Source: Bacteroidales bacterium (GTDB lineage: Bacteria; Bacteroidota; Bacteroidia; Bacteroidales; DTGW01). Taken from it: DNA of 64,000 bases. The stretch covers positions 18,850 to 82,849 of the forward strand of contig JAOAFU010000058.1 in NCBI GenBank assembly GCA_026416115.1, written 5' to 3'. The position numbers and the translations under genes were made by a program. Shown piece after piece: positions 28,280 to 36,432 of the stretch (position 1 is the first letter of the stretch; each line of letters opens with the position of its first letter). Under the pieces are notes generated by a model, which had not been told where the DNA came from, made no database searches, and saw only the letters and a list, made by a program, of their open reading frames with translations.

Positions 28280-29044
28280 ATGTTTCGATACTTTCTTTAC
28301 TTGAGCTTTAAAGGTACTCAATATTGTGGATGGCAAAAACAAATAAATGCCTCCACTGTACAACAAAGCTTAGAAGAAGCGCTTTCGCAAATTTTACGCA
28401 CTTCTACCGAAGTAACTGGTGCTGGTCGTACCGATACAGGTGTTCATGCAAAATACTATGTAGCTCATTTCGATTCCGAAAATCCAATTTTAAGTGAAAA
28501 TGATTTTATTCGACGCTTGAACGCTGTATTACCACCCGATATTGCTGTATTCAAGCTCAGACAAGTTCGTAACGATGCCCATGCTCGTTTTAGTGCTATT
28601 GCCCGAACATACCAGTATTACATCGAAACACAAAAAAACCCCTTCACCACAGAGTTCTCCTGGCAAATTCATTATAAGCTCGATTTTGAATTGATGAGCA
28701 AAGCAGCTGGTTTTTTAACTCAGGTTGAAGATTTTACTGCTTTTGCAAAATTACATAGCAACAACACCACCAATATTTGTAAAATTATTAGGGCCGATTG
28801 GGATATCCGGGGCTACGAATGGATTTTTACCATCACAGCCAATCGCTTTCTGAGGAATATGGTACGCGCAATCGTGGGAAACATGATCGATGTAGGAAGA
28901 AAAAAAATTTCTTTAGATGAATTCGAAGCGAAAGTTTTAACCTGCGACCGGTCGCTTGCATCAGTATCCGCTCCGGCTAAAGGACTTTTTTTTATTCATG
29001 TCGATTATCCCGAAAACATCTTCCACTTAGATGTGGAAAACTAA
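28280..29044 (+). CDS. truA: tRNA pseudouridine(38-40) synthase
   Basis: 254 aa. GAGRTDTGVHA is the catalytic Asp motif, and the length and RFLRNMVR motif are typical of TruA. Confidence 0.9.
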   Translation: MFRYFLYLSFKGTQYCGWQKQINASTVQQSLEEALSQILRTSTEVTGAGRTDTGVHAKYYVAHFDSENPILSENDFIRRLNAVLPPDIAVFKLRQVRNDAHARFSAIARTYQYYIETQKNPFTTEFSWQIHYKLDFELMSKAAGFLTQVEDFTAFAKLHSNNTTNICKIIRADWDIRGYEWIFTITANRFLRNMVRAIVGNMIDVGRKKISLDEFEAKVLTCDRSLASVSAPAKGLFFIHVDYPENIFHLDVEN

Positions 29045-29112
29045 TAAATAGTTGTTTATATCTGAAATATCGATAGATTTTTTTTACCATAAAAAAACAT
29101 TACCTTTGGGGC

Positions 29113-30564
29113 ATGGGATTCGAATTTGATAACGATTTTTCATTCACCGACGAGCCTGAACTTCAGGAGGTTGTGGAGCGTTATCGACTGATGATGCGCA
29201 GCAATACGCCCTTGTATTTCGACTCTCACGAGTTTTTGTTGTTAATTGATTATCACCTGCATAATCGCGAATATACCGAATCCTTAAAGATTGCCGATTT
29301 TGGAATCAATCAGCACCCCTCATCCTTCGACCTTAAGTTAAAAAAGGCAGAAGTATTATTTCGGCTTAAAGATTTTACCACAGCTCTTCTTCTAATCAAA
29401 GAGCTCGAAAATATTGAGGGAAGCAATTCATACCTCTCTTTTTTCAGAGGATTGCTGCATAGCCATTTAAAACAAAAACGCGAAGCTGGTTATTACTTCC
29501 ATAAAGCCGTCCTTCAGGCACAAGACACCGACGAAGCTATCGATATTCTTTTTCAAATAGCCGAACATTATCAAGAAAGCAACGACCTTAAAACTGCAAA
29601 TTACTATTTACTCGAAGCATATAAAATCGATCCCAACGATAGTGAGATCATCATTGAACTGGCTCAAAATTTCGAAACCTATAACCTTGAGCAAGCTGTT
29701 CATTACTATAATCTTTACCTCAACCATCACCCATTTCATTCATCGGCCTGGTTTGATATTGGAGTTGTATACTCAAGGCTCGAGAATTTTGAAAAAGCCC
29801 TGGAAGCATTCGAATTTGCTATTGCACTCTACGATCGTTATATAGAAGCATACTTTAACAAAGGTAACGCTCTGGCAAATCTCGGACGTTATCACGAAGC
29901 AATAGAGGCCTTTGAAGAATATACTCGACTGCTTCGCGAAGACAACAATGGTGACGAACCCGAACCAGCCGATATGCTTGATGTATTTTGCAGTATTGGC
30001 GAATGTCACGAACGTTTAGGTGATCTTATCAACGCAGCTACATACTACAACAAAGCGCTTGCAATCGATCCGCATTATCCCGATGCAATTTACGGAATTG
30101 GAATCATCTACTCGCTCTGTAATAACCTATCCGAAAGCCTTAAATATATCCGACAGGCAATCGATCTCGATCCCTTTAACTCAGAGTATCATTTTTCACT
30201 TGGTAATGTTTATCGACGAATAGGTAAAATCGAAAAAGCGCTTGAGGCTTATCGCACAGCCACTAATATCGACCCAAAGGATTACGAATCGTGGCTAAAC
30301 ATAGCTCAGCTTTATTTCGAGAAAAATCTTTTGACTAAGGCCATTCGCACTCTCGAAGAAGCCTACGAACACAATCCAAAAGTAGCCATCGTGGAGTATA
30401 GGCTTGCTGCATATTATTTTTTAAAGAAAAACGAAACCGAAGGATTCAATTTCCTTCGTCGAGCTTTAATGCATGACAATAGTAAATACCTTGAATTTTT
30501 GAAAATATATCCCGAAGGAGCCGATAATGAGGCAATTAAAAATATAATTGCAAAATTTCGATAA
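29113..30564 (+). CDS. Tetratricopeptide repeat protein
   Basis: 483 aa with many 34-aa A/Y/L-patterned repeats, for example AYFNKGNALANLGRYHEAIEAFEEY and YHFSLGNVYRRIGKIEKALEAYRTA. Confidence 0.8.
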   Translation: MGFEFDNDFSFTDEPELQEVVERYRLMMRSNTPLYFDSHEFLLLIDYHLHNREYTESLKIADFGINQHPSSFDLKLKKAEVLFRLKDFTTALLLIKELENIEGSNSYLSFFRGLLHSHLKQKREAGYYFHKAVLQAQDTDEAIDILFQIAEHYQESNDLKTANYYLLEAYKIDPNDSEIIIELAQNFETYNLEQAVHYYNLYLNHHPFHSSAWFDIGVVYSRLENFEKALEAFEFAIALYDRYIEAYFNKGNALANLGRYHEAIEAFEEYTRLLREDNNGDEPEPADMLDVFCSIGECHERLGDLINAATYYNKALAIDPHYPDAIYGIGIIYSLCNNLSESLKYIRQAIDLDPFNSEYHFSLGNVYRRIGKIEKALEAYRTATNIDPKDYESWLNIAQLYFEKNLLTKAIRTLEEAYEHNPKVAIVEYRLAAYYFLKKNETEGFNFLRRALMHDNSKYLEFLKIYPEGADNEAIKNIIAKFR

Positions 30565-30575
30565 TATTTCATCCT

Positions 30576-31370
30576 ATGAACTTTCATCTGCCATTTATTC
30601 CTTCCCGAAGCAGTAAACCACGAAAAAGTGGTTTAACTATGGTTATGGACAAGGGACTAAGCGTTAGAGAAACCGAAGATTTTATTTCTTCTGCTGGCGA
30701 ATTTGTCGATTTTGTTAAATTTGGATTTGGCACCAGCTTGATTACCAAAAACCTCGAAGAAAAAATTAAGCTCTACAACGATGCAAACATTCGCCCATAC
30801 TTCGGTGGCACGTTATTCGAAATGTTTCTTGTTCGAGGAATGTACGATGAGTTTCGCAGGTTTATCGATCGATATCGTCTGGACTTGATTGAAATATCCG
30901 ATGGATCTATCTCCTTACCCCATGAAGAAAAACTGAAATATATCCGAGAGCTTTCCACTCAGGCTACAGTTATTTCGGAAGTTGGCAGTAAAGTAGCGGG
31001 TATTGTTATCTCGCACGATAAATGGGTGGAAATGATGAAGCTTGAGCTCGAAGCCGGTTCATACAAAGTAATTGCCGAAGCTCGCGAGAGCGGTAATATT
31101 GGTATATATAATCCCGACGGTACCGCAAATAAAGAGCTTATAAACGATATTATCGAACATGTCGATACCGACAATATTATCTGGGAAGCACCAAATAAAT
31201 CGCAACAAGTTTGGTTTATCAAATTACTGGGCTGCAATGTCAACTTAGGCAATATTGCTCCTAATGAAATTATTGCCTTAGAAACTTTACGTTTAGGCCT
31301 TCGTGGCGACACCTTCTTCCAATTCTTACCCGAAGAAATCACTCGCCAATACATCATGAAACATAGCTAA
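30576..31370 (+). CDS. comA: Phosphosulfolactate synthase (ComA family)
   Basis: 264 aa. KPRKSGLTMVMDKGL...VDFVKFGFGTS...IRPYFGGTLFE...DLIEISDGSI matches the (2R)-phospho-3-sulfolactate synthase family pattern from memory. Confidence 0.7.
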   Translation: MNFHLPFIPSRSSKPRKSGLTMVMDKGLSVRETEDFISSAGEFVDFVKFGFGTSLITKNLEEKIKLYNDANIRPYFGGTLFEMFLVRGMYDEFRRFIDRYRLDLIEISDGSISLPHEEKLKYIRELSTQATVISEVGSKVAGIVISHDKWVEMMKLELEAGSYKVIAEARESGNIGIYNPDGTANKELINDIIEHVDTDNIIWEAPNKSQQVWFIKLLGCNVNLGNIAPNEIIALETLRLGLRGDTFFQFLPEEITRQYIMKHS

Positions 31371-31383
31371 TCGAATCGTCAGA

Positions 31384-32142
31384 ATGCGTACTTTTGGTCT
31401 TATTGGCTACCCACTTGAGCATTCTTTCTCTGCTCGGTACTTTTCAGATAAGTTTAAAAAAATGGGGATTACAGATGCTCAATATTTAAATTTTCCGCTT
31501 GAATCTATTCATTTATTCCCTACAATCTTTGAAAAAGGCTACAATATTCAAGGTTTAAATGTTACGATCCCCTACAAACAGGCAATTATAAACTTTCTCG
31601 ACGGTTTATCGGAAATTGCCCAAGCAATAGGTGCTGTAAACACAATTAAGATTTCGAAGGATCCAGCAGGTAAACTTATTTTAAAAGGTTATAACACCGA
31701 CGAATTTGGGTTTAGACAATCCTTAATCGAGCATCTCAAGCCGTATCATACCCATGCGTTGATATTAGGTACAGGAGGCGCATCCAAAGCAGTTGAATAT
31801 GTTCTGAAAACAATAGGAATAAATTATTTACAAGTTTCGCGCCAACCACGGTTGCCTGGACAAATTGCCTACGATGCCCTGAGTAAAGAAATTATGCAAT
31901 CGCATTTGCTTATTATCAACACTACACCACTGGGTATGTACCCAAACATACACGAAGCTCCACCAATACCTTACGATTATCTTACCTCGAAACATCTTTT
32001 GTACGACCTGATTTACAATCCCGAAATGACCACCTTTCTGTCGGAAGGAGCAAAAAGAGGCTCTAGTATCATAAATGGTCTACAAATGCTTATTTTACAA
32101 GCCGAAAAAGCCTGGGAGATATGGAATACTAACGAATTATAA
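31384..32142 (+). CDS. aroE: Shikimate dehydrogenase
   Basis: 252 aa. Motifs seen are GLIGYPLEHSFS, GLNVTIPYK, NTDEFG and LGTGGASKA. Confidence 0.85.
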   Translation: MRTFGLIGYPLEHSFSARYFSDKFKKMGITDAQYLNFPLESIHLFPTIFEKGYNIQGLNVTIPYKQAIINFLDGLSEIAQAIGAVNTIKISKDPAGKLILKGYNTDEFGFRQSLIEHLKPYHTHALILGTGGASKAVEYVLKTIGINYLQVSRQPRLPGQIAYDALSKEIMQSHLLIINTTPLGMYPNIHEAPPIPYDYLTSKHLLYDLIYNPEMTTFLSEGAKRGSSIINGLQMLILQAEKAWEIWNTNEL

Positions 32143-32180
32143 AAACAAATTTATCTTTATAAAGCTACAATAAATATATT

Positions 32181-32963
32181 TTAAAACTGCTTGTATTTTG
32201 CAAAATACGTATCAATTTCAGGATGAAGTTCAATCCCAACTTTTTCAAAAACTTCAAGTAACTGAACATAAGTTCCAGCACCACCGAGAAAATCCCAAAA
32301 TTCATCTGCAACTTTTAATTCATAATTCAAATCCAACATACCTCTCATAGTCCAACGATTATAAGGTTGTGGTTCGTATGGATTATAAGGTATAGCAATA
32401 AGAGAGTGTATTAGCACATTGGGGTTATCAGCAAGTACAGCAGCAACCCATTCTAACAAAGTCCTTTTGTACCCTTTAAACTCACCGATATTGGGTTTTG
32501 CAGTTTTCAAATCGATTAAAAAAATCGTGCCATCATGAGCTACAAGTTTTAAGTCAACTTTAGTTAACTTAACATTCTTCATTTCTCCAAGCCGACAAAC
32601 ATTTTTTAATTCAGCAATTTCAGTAAGTTTATTTGGATCCGTTTTGGCCGAACTTAATCTATCAATTATGGATTGGATAGAAATTTGAGCTTCAGAACTT
32701 ATCTTTTCCCCTGCAATTTGTTGAATTGAAACGGACCTAAAATTTACTTCGGCAATTGCTTTTGCTACTGGTTCAAATATACTAGTTCCAAAATTGGTAT
32801 TTAGCGAGTGAATGAAAGAAAATAATGCCATCCTGTCTTTACCTAACAATCTTGTGTGAAATGGCATTGATATAGATTCGGGCTTATAGTTTTGAAGTTT
32901 GTTAAGCAAGCTACTTTTGACAATATTTTCAATCTTGAGGATTTGTTGAGAAGTTAGGGACAT
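32181..32963 (-). CDS. Putative type II restriction endonuclease (resembles what I recall of the TdeIII family)
   Basis: 260 aa. Its start overlaps the methyltransferase stop by 1 nt (TAATG). The stretch MPFHTRLLGKDRMALFSFIHSLNTNFGTSIFEPVA resembles TdeIII-type REases from memory only. The compositional context is AT-rich. Confidence 0.5.
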   Translation of the reverse strand: MSLTSQQILKIENIVKSSLLNKLQNYKPESISMPFHTRLLGKDRMALFSFIHSLNTNFGTSIFEPVAKAIAEVNFRSVSIQQIAGEKISSEAQISIQSIIDRLSSAKTDPNKLTEIAELKNVCRLGEMKNVKLTKVDLKLVAHDGTIFLIDLKTAKPNIGEFKGYKRTLLEWVAAVLADNPNVLIHSLIAIPYNPYEPQPYNRWTMRGMLDLNYELKVADEFWDFLGGAGTYVQLLEVFEKVGIELHPEIDTYFAKYKQF

Positions 32964-34543
32964 TATTTTGCTTTTAAGTGAAAGATGATTTCAGCATATG
33001 CTCCTTTATCTTTTTCGGTCCGATTTAATACTGGTCGTTTAAATTGATTAACTATTTTCATACCAGCCATATCAGCAATTGTAGGGTACAAGTCGTACTT
33101 GTCATTAGCCACCAAAAAAACATCGTAATTCTCAACCAGAAATTTTTTCACATTATTCAAAACTTCGCTTACACCTTGTACATAACTTTGTCGAGCTTCT
33201 TTTCCCTGACCTTTATAAAGGGGGCCTATTTCCAACTCATCTTTTCTTTCAAAACCGAAAAGATCATATGCATATGCATGTTGTTCATGATAATCAATAA
33301 GCCCTACGTATGGTGGAGAAGAAAATATCCCTTTAATTTTTTGTTTTCTAACTAATTCCGCAAAATTTGGGTGTTTTTTTTCGAGTTCAGTAATAATATC
33401 TATAGTTCGACTATCTCCGGTTAAACAATACTGAAAAGTATTAGTTCTTAATTTCTCGAACTCAGCAATTCTTTTCACAGTATCTTTTGAGTAGGTTTCC
33501 CACCATTTAAGAATTGAAAATAAAGGCTTACAAATTTTCCCATGCTTTGAACAGTAGTAGGTAGAAGTAACTGGCTCGATTAAAGTTGCTAAATCGGAAT
33601 GAGTAGTGGCTCGACAACTACGCATTGTACGACTTAAAATAATACTGATAATTTTTTTTGTATTGTTGTTCTGGATTTTTTTAATTTCGCTAAAAACAAA
33701 TTCTATTTCATCACGAACATGCTGTGAATACCACTTATCGAGGAAAGTTTTATTGTTATTCTGTAATAGCTTAATACCATATTGTCCGACCAAGTTTGTA
33801 TATATGGGTAAAAATTCTTTCTCTTTTGCTTTGCCATATTCTTTTTCGTTAATCAAACCTTGCCGAACTTTATACTTGTATTCGGGAACAGGAAAATATT
33901 TATTATTAAATTCATTAAGCAGTTGTAGCAATTTTTCTTCAAACTCTATCGTATGACAATTTGAAAGAAAATTTTTTAATGCCAATGTTATTCTTTTTAT
34001 CTCTCTCTGAACATCATTTAAATCGTACCGATCTAACTTACAATTAGAAATAAGTGAATTAAAAGCAGAAATATCAACTCCTATAGCGTGCATTCCTAAT
34101 TCTGAAGCCTGTACCAACGTAGTGCCACTTCCTGCAAAAGGATCAAGAATAATATCGCCTTGTTTAAAATAAACTTCGGTTTTAAAACTATCCGTATGAT
34201 TATCAAGGAAATATTCGACCAATTGAGGAATAAATTTTCCTTTATATGGATGCAGCCTATGAACATGCTTTGTTGTTTCTGCTTCCTTATACTGATCAAA
34301 AGATAAGGCCCAGTTTAAGTCTTCACCCAATTGTTCTTTCCATTCAACTTCTCTTCTCCCGTTTAAGGACTTATAATACTTCACTAAGTCGTCCATTGAA
34401 ACTAAAGCAGAGCCATTGTCTCCAATTTTTCGGACACGACCATACTGGATTAAATAAGAAATATTGGATGTTGTAACTTTTTTGCCGGTATATTCAGATG
34501 CCCACTTGCTTGCCTCCTTAATGGTAAATAACCTATCTGGCAT
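32963..34543 (-). CDS. Site-specific DNA methyltransferase (amino-MTase, N6-adenine or N4-cytosine) with an N-terminal HTH-like segment
   Basis: 526 aa. The AdoMet motif I is ILDPFAGSGTT. About 260 aa later comes catalytic motif IV, FSSPPYVGLIDY. This motif I, long insert, motif IV order is an alpha-class-like arrangement. Confidence 0.8.
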   Translation of the reverse strand: MPDRLFTIKEASKWASEYTGKKVTTSNISYLIQYGRVRKIGDNGSALVSMDDLVKYYKSLNGRREVEWKEQLGEDLNWALSFDQYKEAETTKHVHRLHPYKGKFIPQLVEYFLDNHTDSFKTEVYFKQGDIILDPFAGSGTTLVQASELGMHAIGVDISAFNSLISNCKLDRYDLNDVQREIKRITLALKNFLSNCHTIEFEEKLLQLLNEFNNKYFPVPEYKYKVRQGLINEKEYGKAKEKEFLPIYTNLVGQYGIKLLQNNNKTFLDKWYSQHVRDEIEFVFSEIKKIQNNNTKKIISIILSRTMRSCRATTHSDLATLIEPVTSTYYCSKHGKICKPLFSILKWWETYSKDTVKRIAEFEKLRTNTFQYCLTGDSRTIDIITELEKKHPNFAELVRKQKIKGIFSSPPYVGLIDYHEQHAYAYDLFGFERKDELEIGPLYKGQGKEARQSYVQGVSEVLNNVKKFLVENYDVFLVANDKYDLYPTIADMAGMKIVNQFKRPVLNRTEKDKGAYAEIIFHLKAK

Positions 34544-34559
34544 TTTTTAACATTTTTGA

Positions 34560-34567
34560 CAAAATTA
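34560..34567 (-). promoter_or_regulatory. Candidate -7 box TAATTTTG for the R-M operon
   Basis: The plus-strand CAAAATTA reads TAATTTTG on the minus strand and lies 16 nt upstream of the MTase ATG at 34543. Confidence 0.35.
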
Positions 34568-34644
34568 ACAATTTTAAACTCTCAATCAAGGTCGTTTTAT
34601 CATTCTTTATCAACAAATTCTATCGAATTAATAAAATTTAAGTC

Positions 34645-34677
34645 ACAAAAAAAGGGGCGAATTCCTTAAATCGCCCC
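34645..34677 (-). terminator. Rho-independent terminator after the duplicated-module protein gene
   Basis: On the minus strand, GGGGCGA-N10-UCGCCCC is followed by a run of 7 U. It starts 24 nt after the stop. Confidence 0.75.
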
Positions 34678-34700
34678 TCAGTAATTTTTACATTAAACAA

Positions 34701-36194
34701 CTACCAGCTATAGGAAGTACGTTTCACCACCTTAGTTGTTGTTATTGCGCCGTTTTTGTAGTATGTAACCTTGATATATACGCCTGGACGGAAAGTAGAA
34801 AAATCGCCTTGAACTCTTACACCCGTCATGCTGTAATACTCAACTTTTTTAATAGCCCCTTCAGCTTTTGCTGTTACCGAAGGTAGTGCATCAATAATAG
34901 TATCGGACTTTTCGGTATACGAGAAACTTATATTTTTCAAATAGCTATACTGTATATCATAGTAATTTCCTTCAGGATCCTGATTATCGCTCCACCACGA
35001 TCCCGTTCCAAAGGCGAGAGTATCGGCAGTAGAAAGGAAAGAAAGCACATTGTTATAATCGGTCAAGGTTCCTGCAAGCGTAACATTGGTCGATGTATTA
35101 TCGTAAGCCAGAATACCATCGACAAATACAGCATATCCTTGGGCTGTGAACCGAATATGTACGTTTCGCCATTTGTTTCTTCCAAGAAAATCGTGATCTA
35201 TACCATAATTTTTCAGATTAGCATCAAACCAACCTCCTGTAGCATTATAACCCAAATACGATCCATTGGAAAAGTAGAGTCGGCCATTGTTTCCAACCGT
35301 GTAAACAGAGAACAGGGTACCCAAAACTTTTAAATCTCCATAATTGTACACATCAAAATTTATATCTGCAGTATCGATCGAACGACCTTTAAATGGATTA
35401 GAAATAGCTAATGCTGGAACATCGCGTTTTGATGTTAAGGTTGCCACGTCGAGAACCGTGAATGGTCCTTCAATAACAGTGGTAAGGGCTGTATCGATTT
35501 GCAAAATATCGAGTTGTTTTACTAAACTGTCGTTTTTTGTAAATCGGATATTTTTAATATAGCTGTACTGAATATCGTAATAATTTCCATTTGCATCCTG
35601 ATTATCGCTCCACCACGAACCCGTTCCAATAGCAACGATGGAAGCATTGGCAAAAAAACTCATCATTTCATTATAATCGGTAAGATTACCGTTAATAGTT
35701 ACATGAGTACTTCCCTGTTTAAAAGCTAAACTATCATTAACCCACACGGAATATCCAGACCTTGAGAAACGTAGCTTAACATTCTTCCAACTATTTCGTC
35801 CAAGATAATCATGATCGAGCGCATAATTTTTTAGATTAGCATCAAACCAGCCTCCTGTGGCGTTGTAACCCAGGTACGAACCATTGGTAAAGTACATTCG
35901 ACCCAATGAGGCATCGAATACCGAAATAAGTGTTCCCAAAACCTTGGGCGCGTCGTAGTTGTAAACTTCGAATGAAATTTCGATAGAGTCGAATGCTAAT
36001 CCCTTGAAAGGGTTAGTAATTGATAAGGCAGGACTTGCAATTTTCGAAGTACATGCTGCCACGTTGATCGCCCTTATTGCAAATTCCTTTTTAAAATTCT
36101 GATTTACATTCGATAAATCGAATGTAACTGTTTGGCCGCCCCACAAAGTAAAGGCATAAAACCCAAAAAGGGTAGCAAGTAAGATTTTTCTCAT
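34701..36194 (-). CDS. Secreted protein built from two tandem copies of an unassigned ~205-aa module (possibly a lectin/jelly-roll-type beta-sandwich)
   Basis: 497 aa with a signal peptide. The block PAL(S/A)I(T/S)NPFKG...(E/N)VYNY...KVLGTL(I/F)SV...YF(T/S)NGSYLGYNATGGWFDANLKNY...FLGRN.W.NV..RF...GY.V.V...LA......T...G.LTDYN...SF......A.GTGSWWSDNQD..GNYYDIQYSY.KNI.F occurs twice. The C-terminal ~50 aa only loosely resemble a sorting domain. Confidence 0.6.
   Translation of the reverse strand: MRKILLATLFGFYAFTLWGGQTVTFDLSNVNQNFKKEFAIRAINVAACTSKIASPALSITNPFKGLAFDSIEISFEVYNYDAPKVLGTLISVFDASLGRMYFTNGSYLGYNATGGWFDANLKNYALDHDYLGRNSWKNVKLRFSRSGYSVWVNDSLAFKQGSTHVTINGNLTDYNEMMSFFANASIVAIGTGSWWSDNQDANGNYYDIQYSYIKNIRFTKNDSLVKQLDILQIDTALTTVIEGPFTVLDVATLTSKRDVPALAISNPFKGRSIDTADINFDVYNYGDLKVLGTLFSVYTVGNNGRLYFSNGSYLGYNATGGWFDANLKNYGIDHDFLGRNKWRNVHIRFTAQGYAVFVDGILAYDNTSTNVTLAGTLTDYNNVLSFLSTADTLAFGTGSWWSDNQDPEGNYYDIQYSYLKNISFSYTEKSDTIIDALPSVTAKAEGAIKKVEYYSMTGVRVQGDFSTFRPGVYIKVTYYKNGAITTTKVVKRTSYSW
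34923..36032 (-). repeat. Intragenic tandem duplication (2 x about 618 nt)
   Basis: The YYDIQYSY anchors are exactly 206 codons apart. The DNA is also recognisably similar, for example cctgattatcgctccaccacga at about 34980 and about 35598. Confidence 0.8.
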
Positions 36195-36371
36195 AGTTTT
36201 TGAATTTTTGGTTAACTGTGGGTCAAATTAGAATGAAATTTTGTTTGAGATGGAGTATAAATGGGTAAAAGAGGTGAAAAAATGAGTAAGAATTTGTTAT
36301 TGATAAACGTGTATCTATAATTCTTTTTGACAATATGTTAAGCTGTTTCGTACTTCAAACCAAAAACATAA

Positions 36372-36398
36372 ATAAAAAAGGGGCAGTTATACTGCCCC
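36372..36398 (-). terminator. Rho-independent terminator after the GH81-like giant gene
   Basis: On the minus strand, GGGGCAGU-AUA-ACUGCCCC is followed by UUUUUUAUUU. It starts about 35 nt after the stop. Confidence 0.8.
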
Positions 36399-36432
36399 TG
36401 CTGTAATTAATTCGTCTGATATCTTACAAACA

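Noticed and set aside
29101-29115. TACCTTTG box ending only 4 nt before the TPR-gene ATG, suggesting a leaderless mRNA
   Set aside because: This is a single motif match with no further support. The true start could be an internal Met, or the gene may be co-transcribed with truA.
23271-31370. Idea that the Hdr-like genes plus ComA indicate a methanogen-type CoM/CoB heterodisulfide system
   Set aside because: The window has no mcr, no comB/C/D/E and no CoB-synthesis genes. ComA is separated from the cluster by truA and a TPR gene. ComA homologs occur in non-methanogenic bacteria, and Hdr-like modules are used for many other substrates. I kept only a cautious organosulfur hypothesis.
32143-34700. 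R-M cassette as a bounded mobile element
   Set aside because: I found no flanking direct or inverted repeats, integrase or tRNA target. Only composition and context suggest horizontal origin, so it is not annotated as mobile_element.
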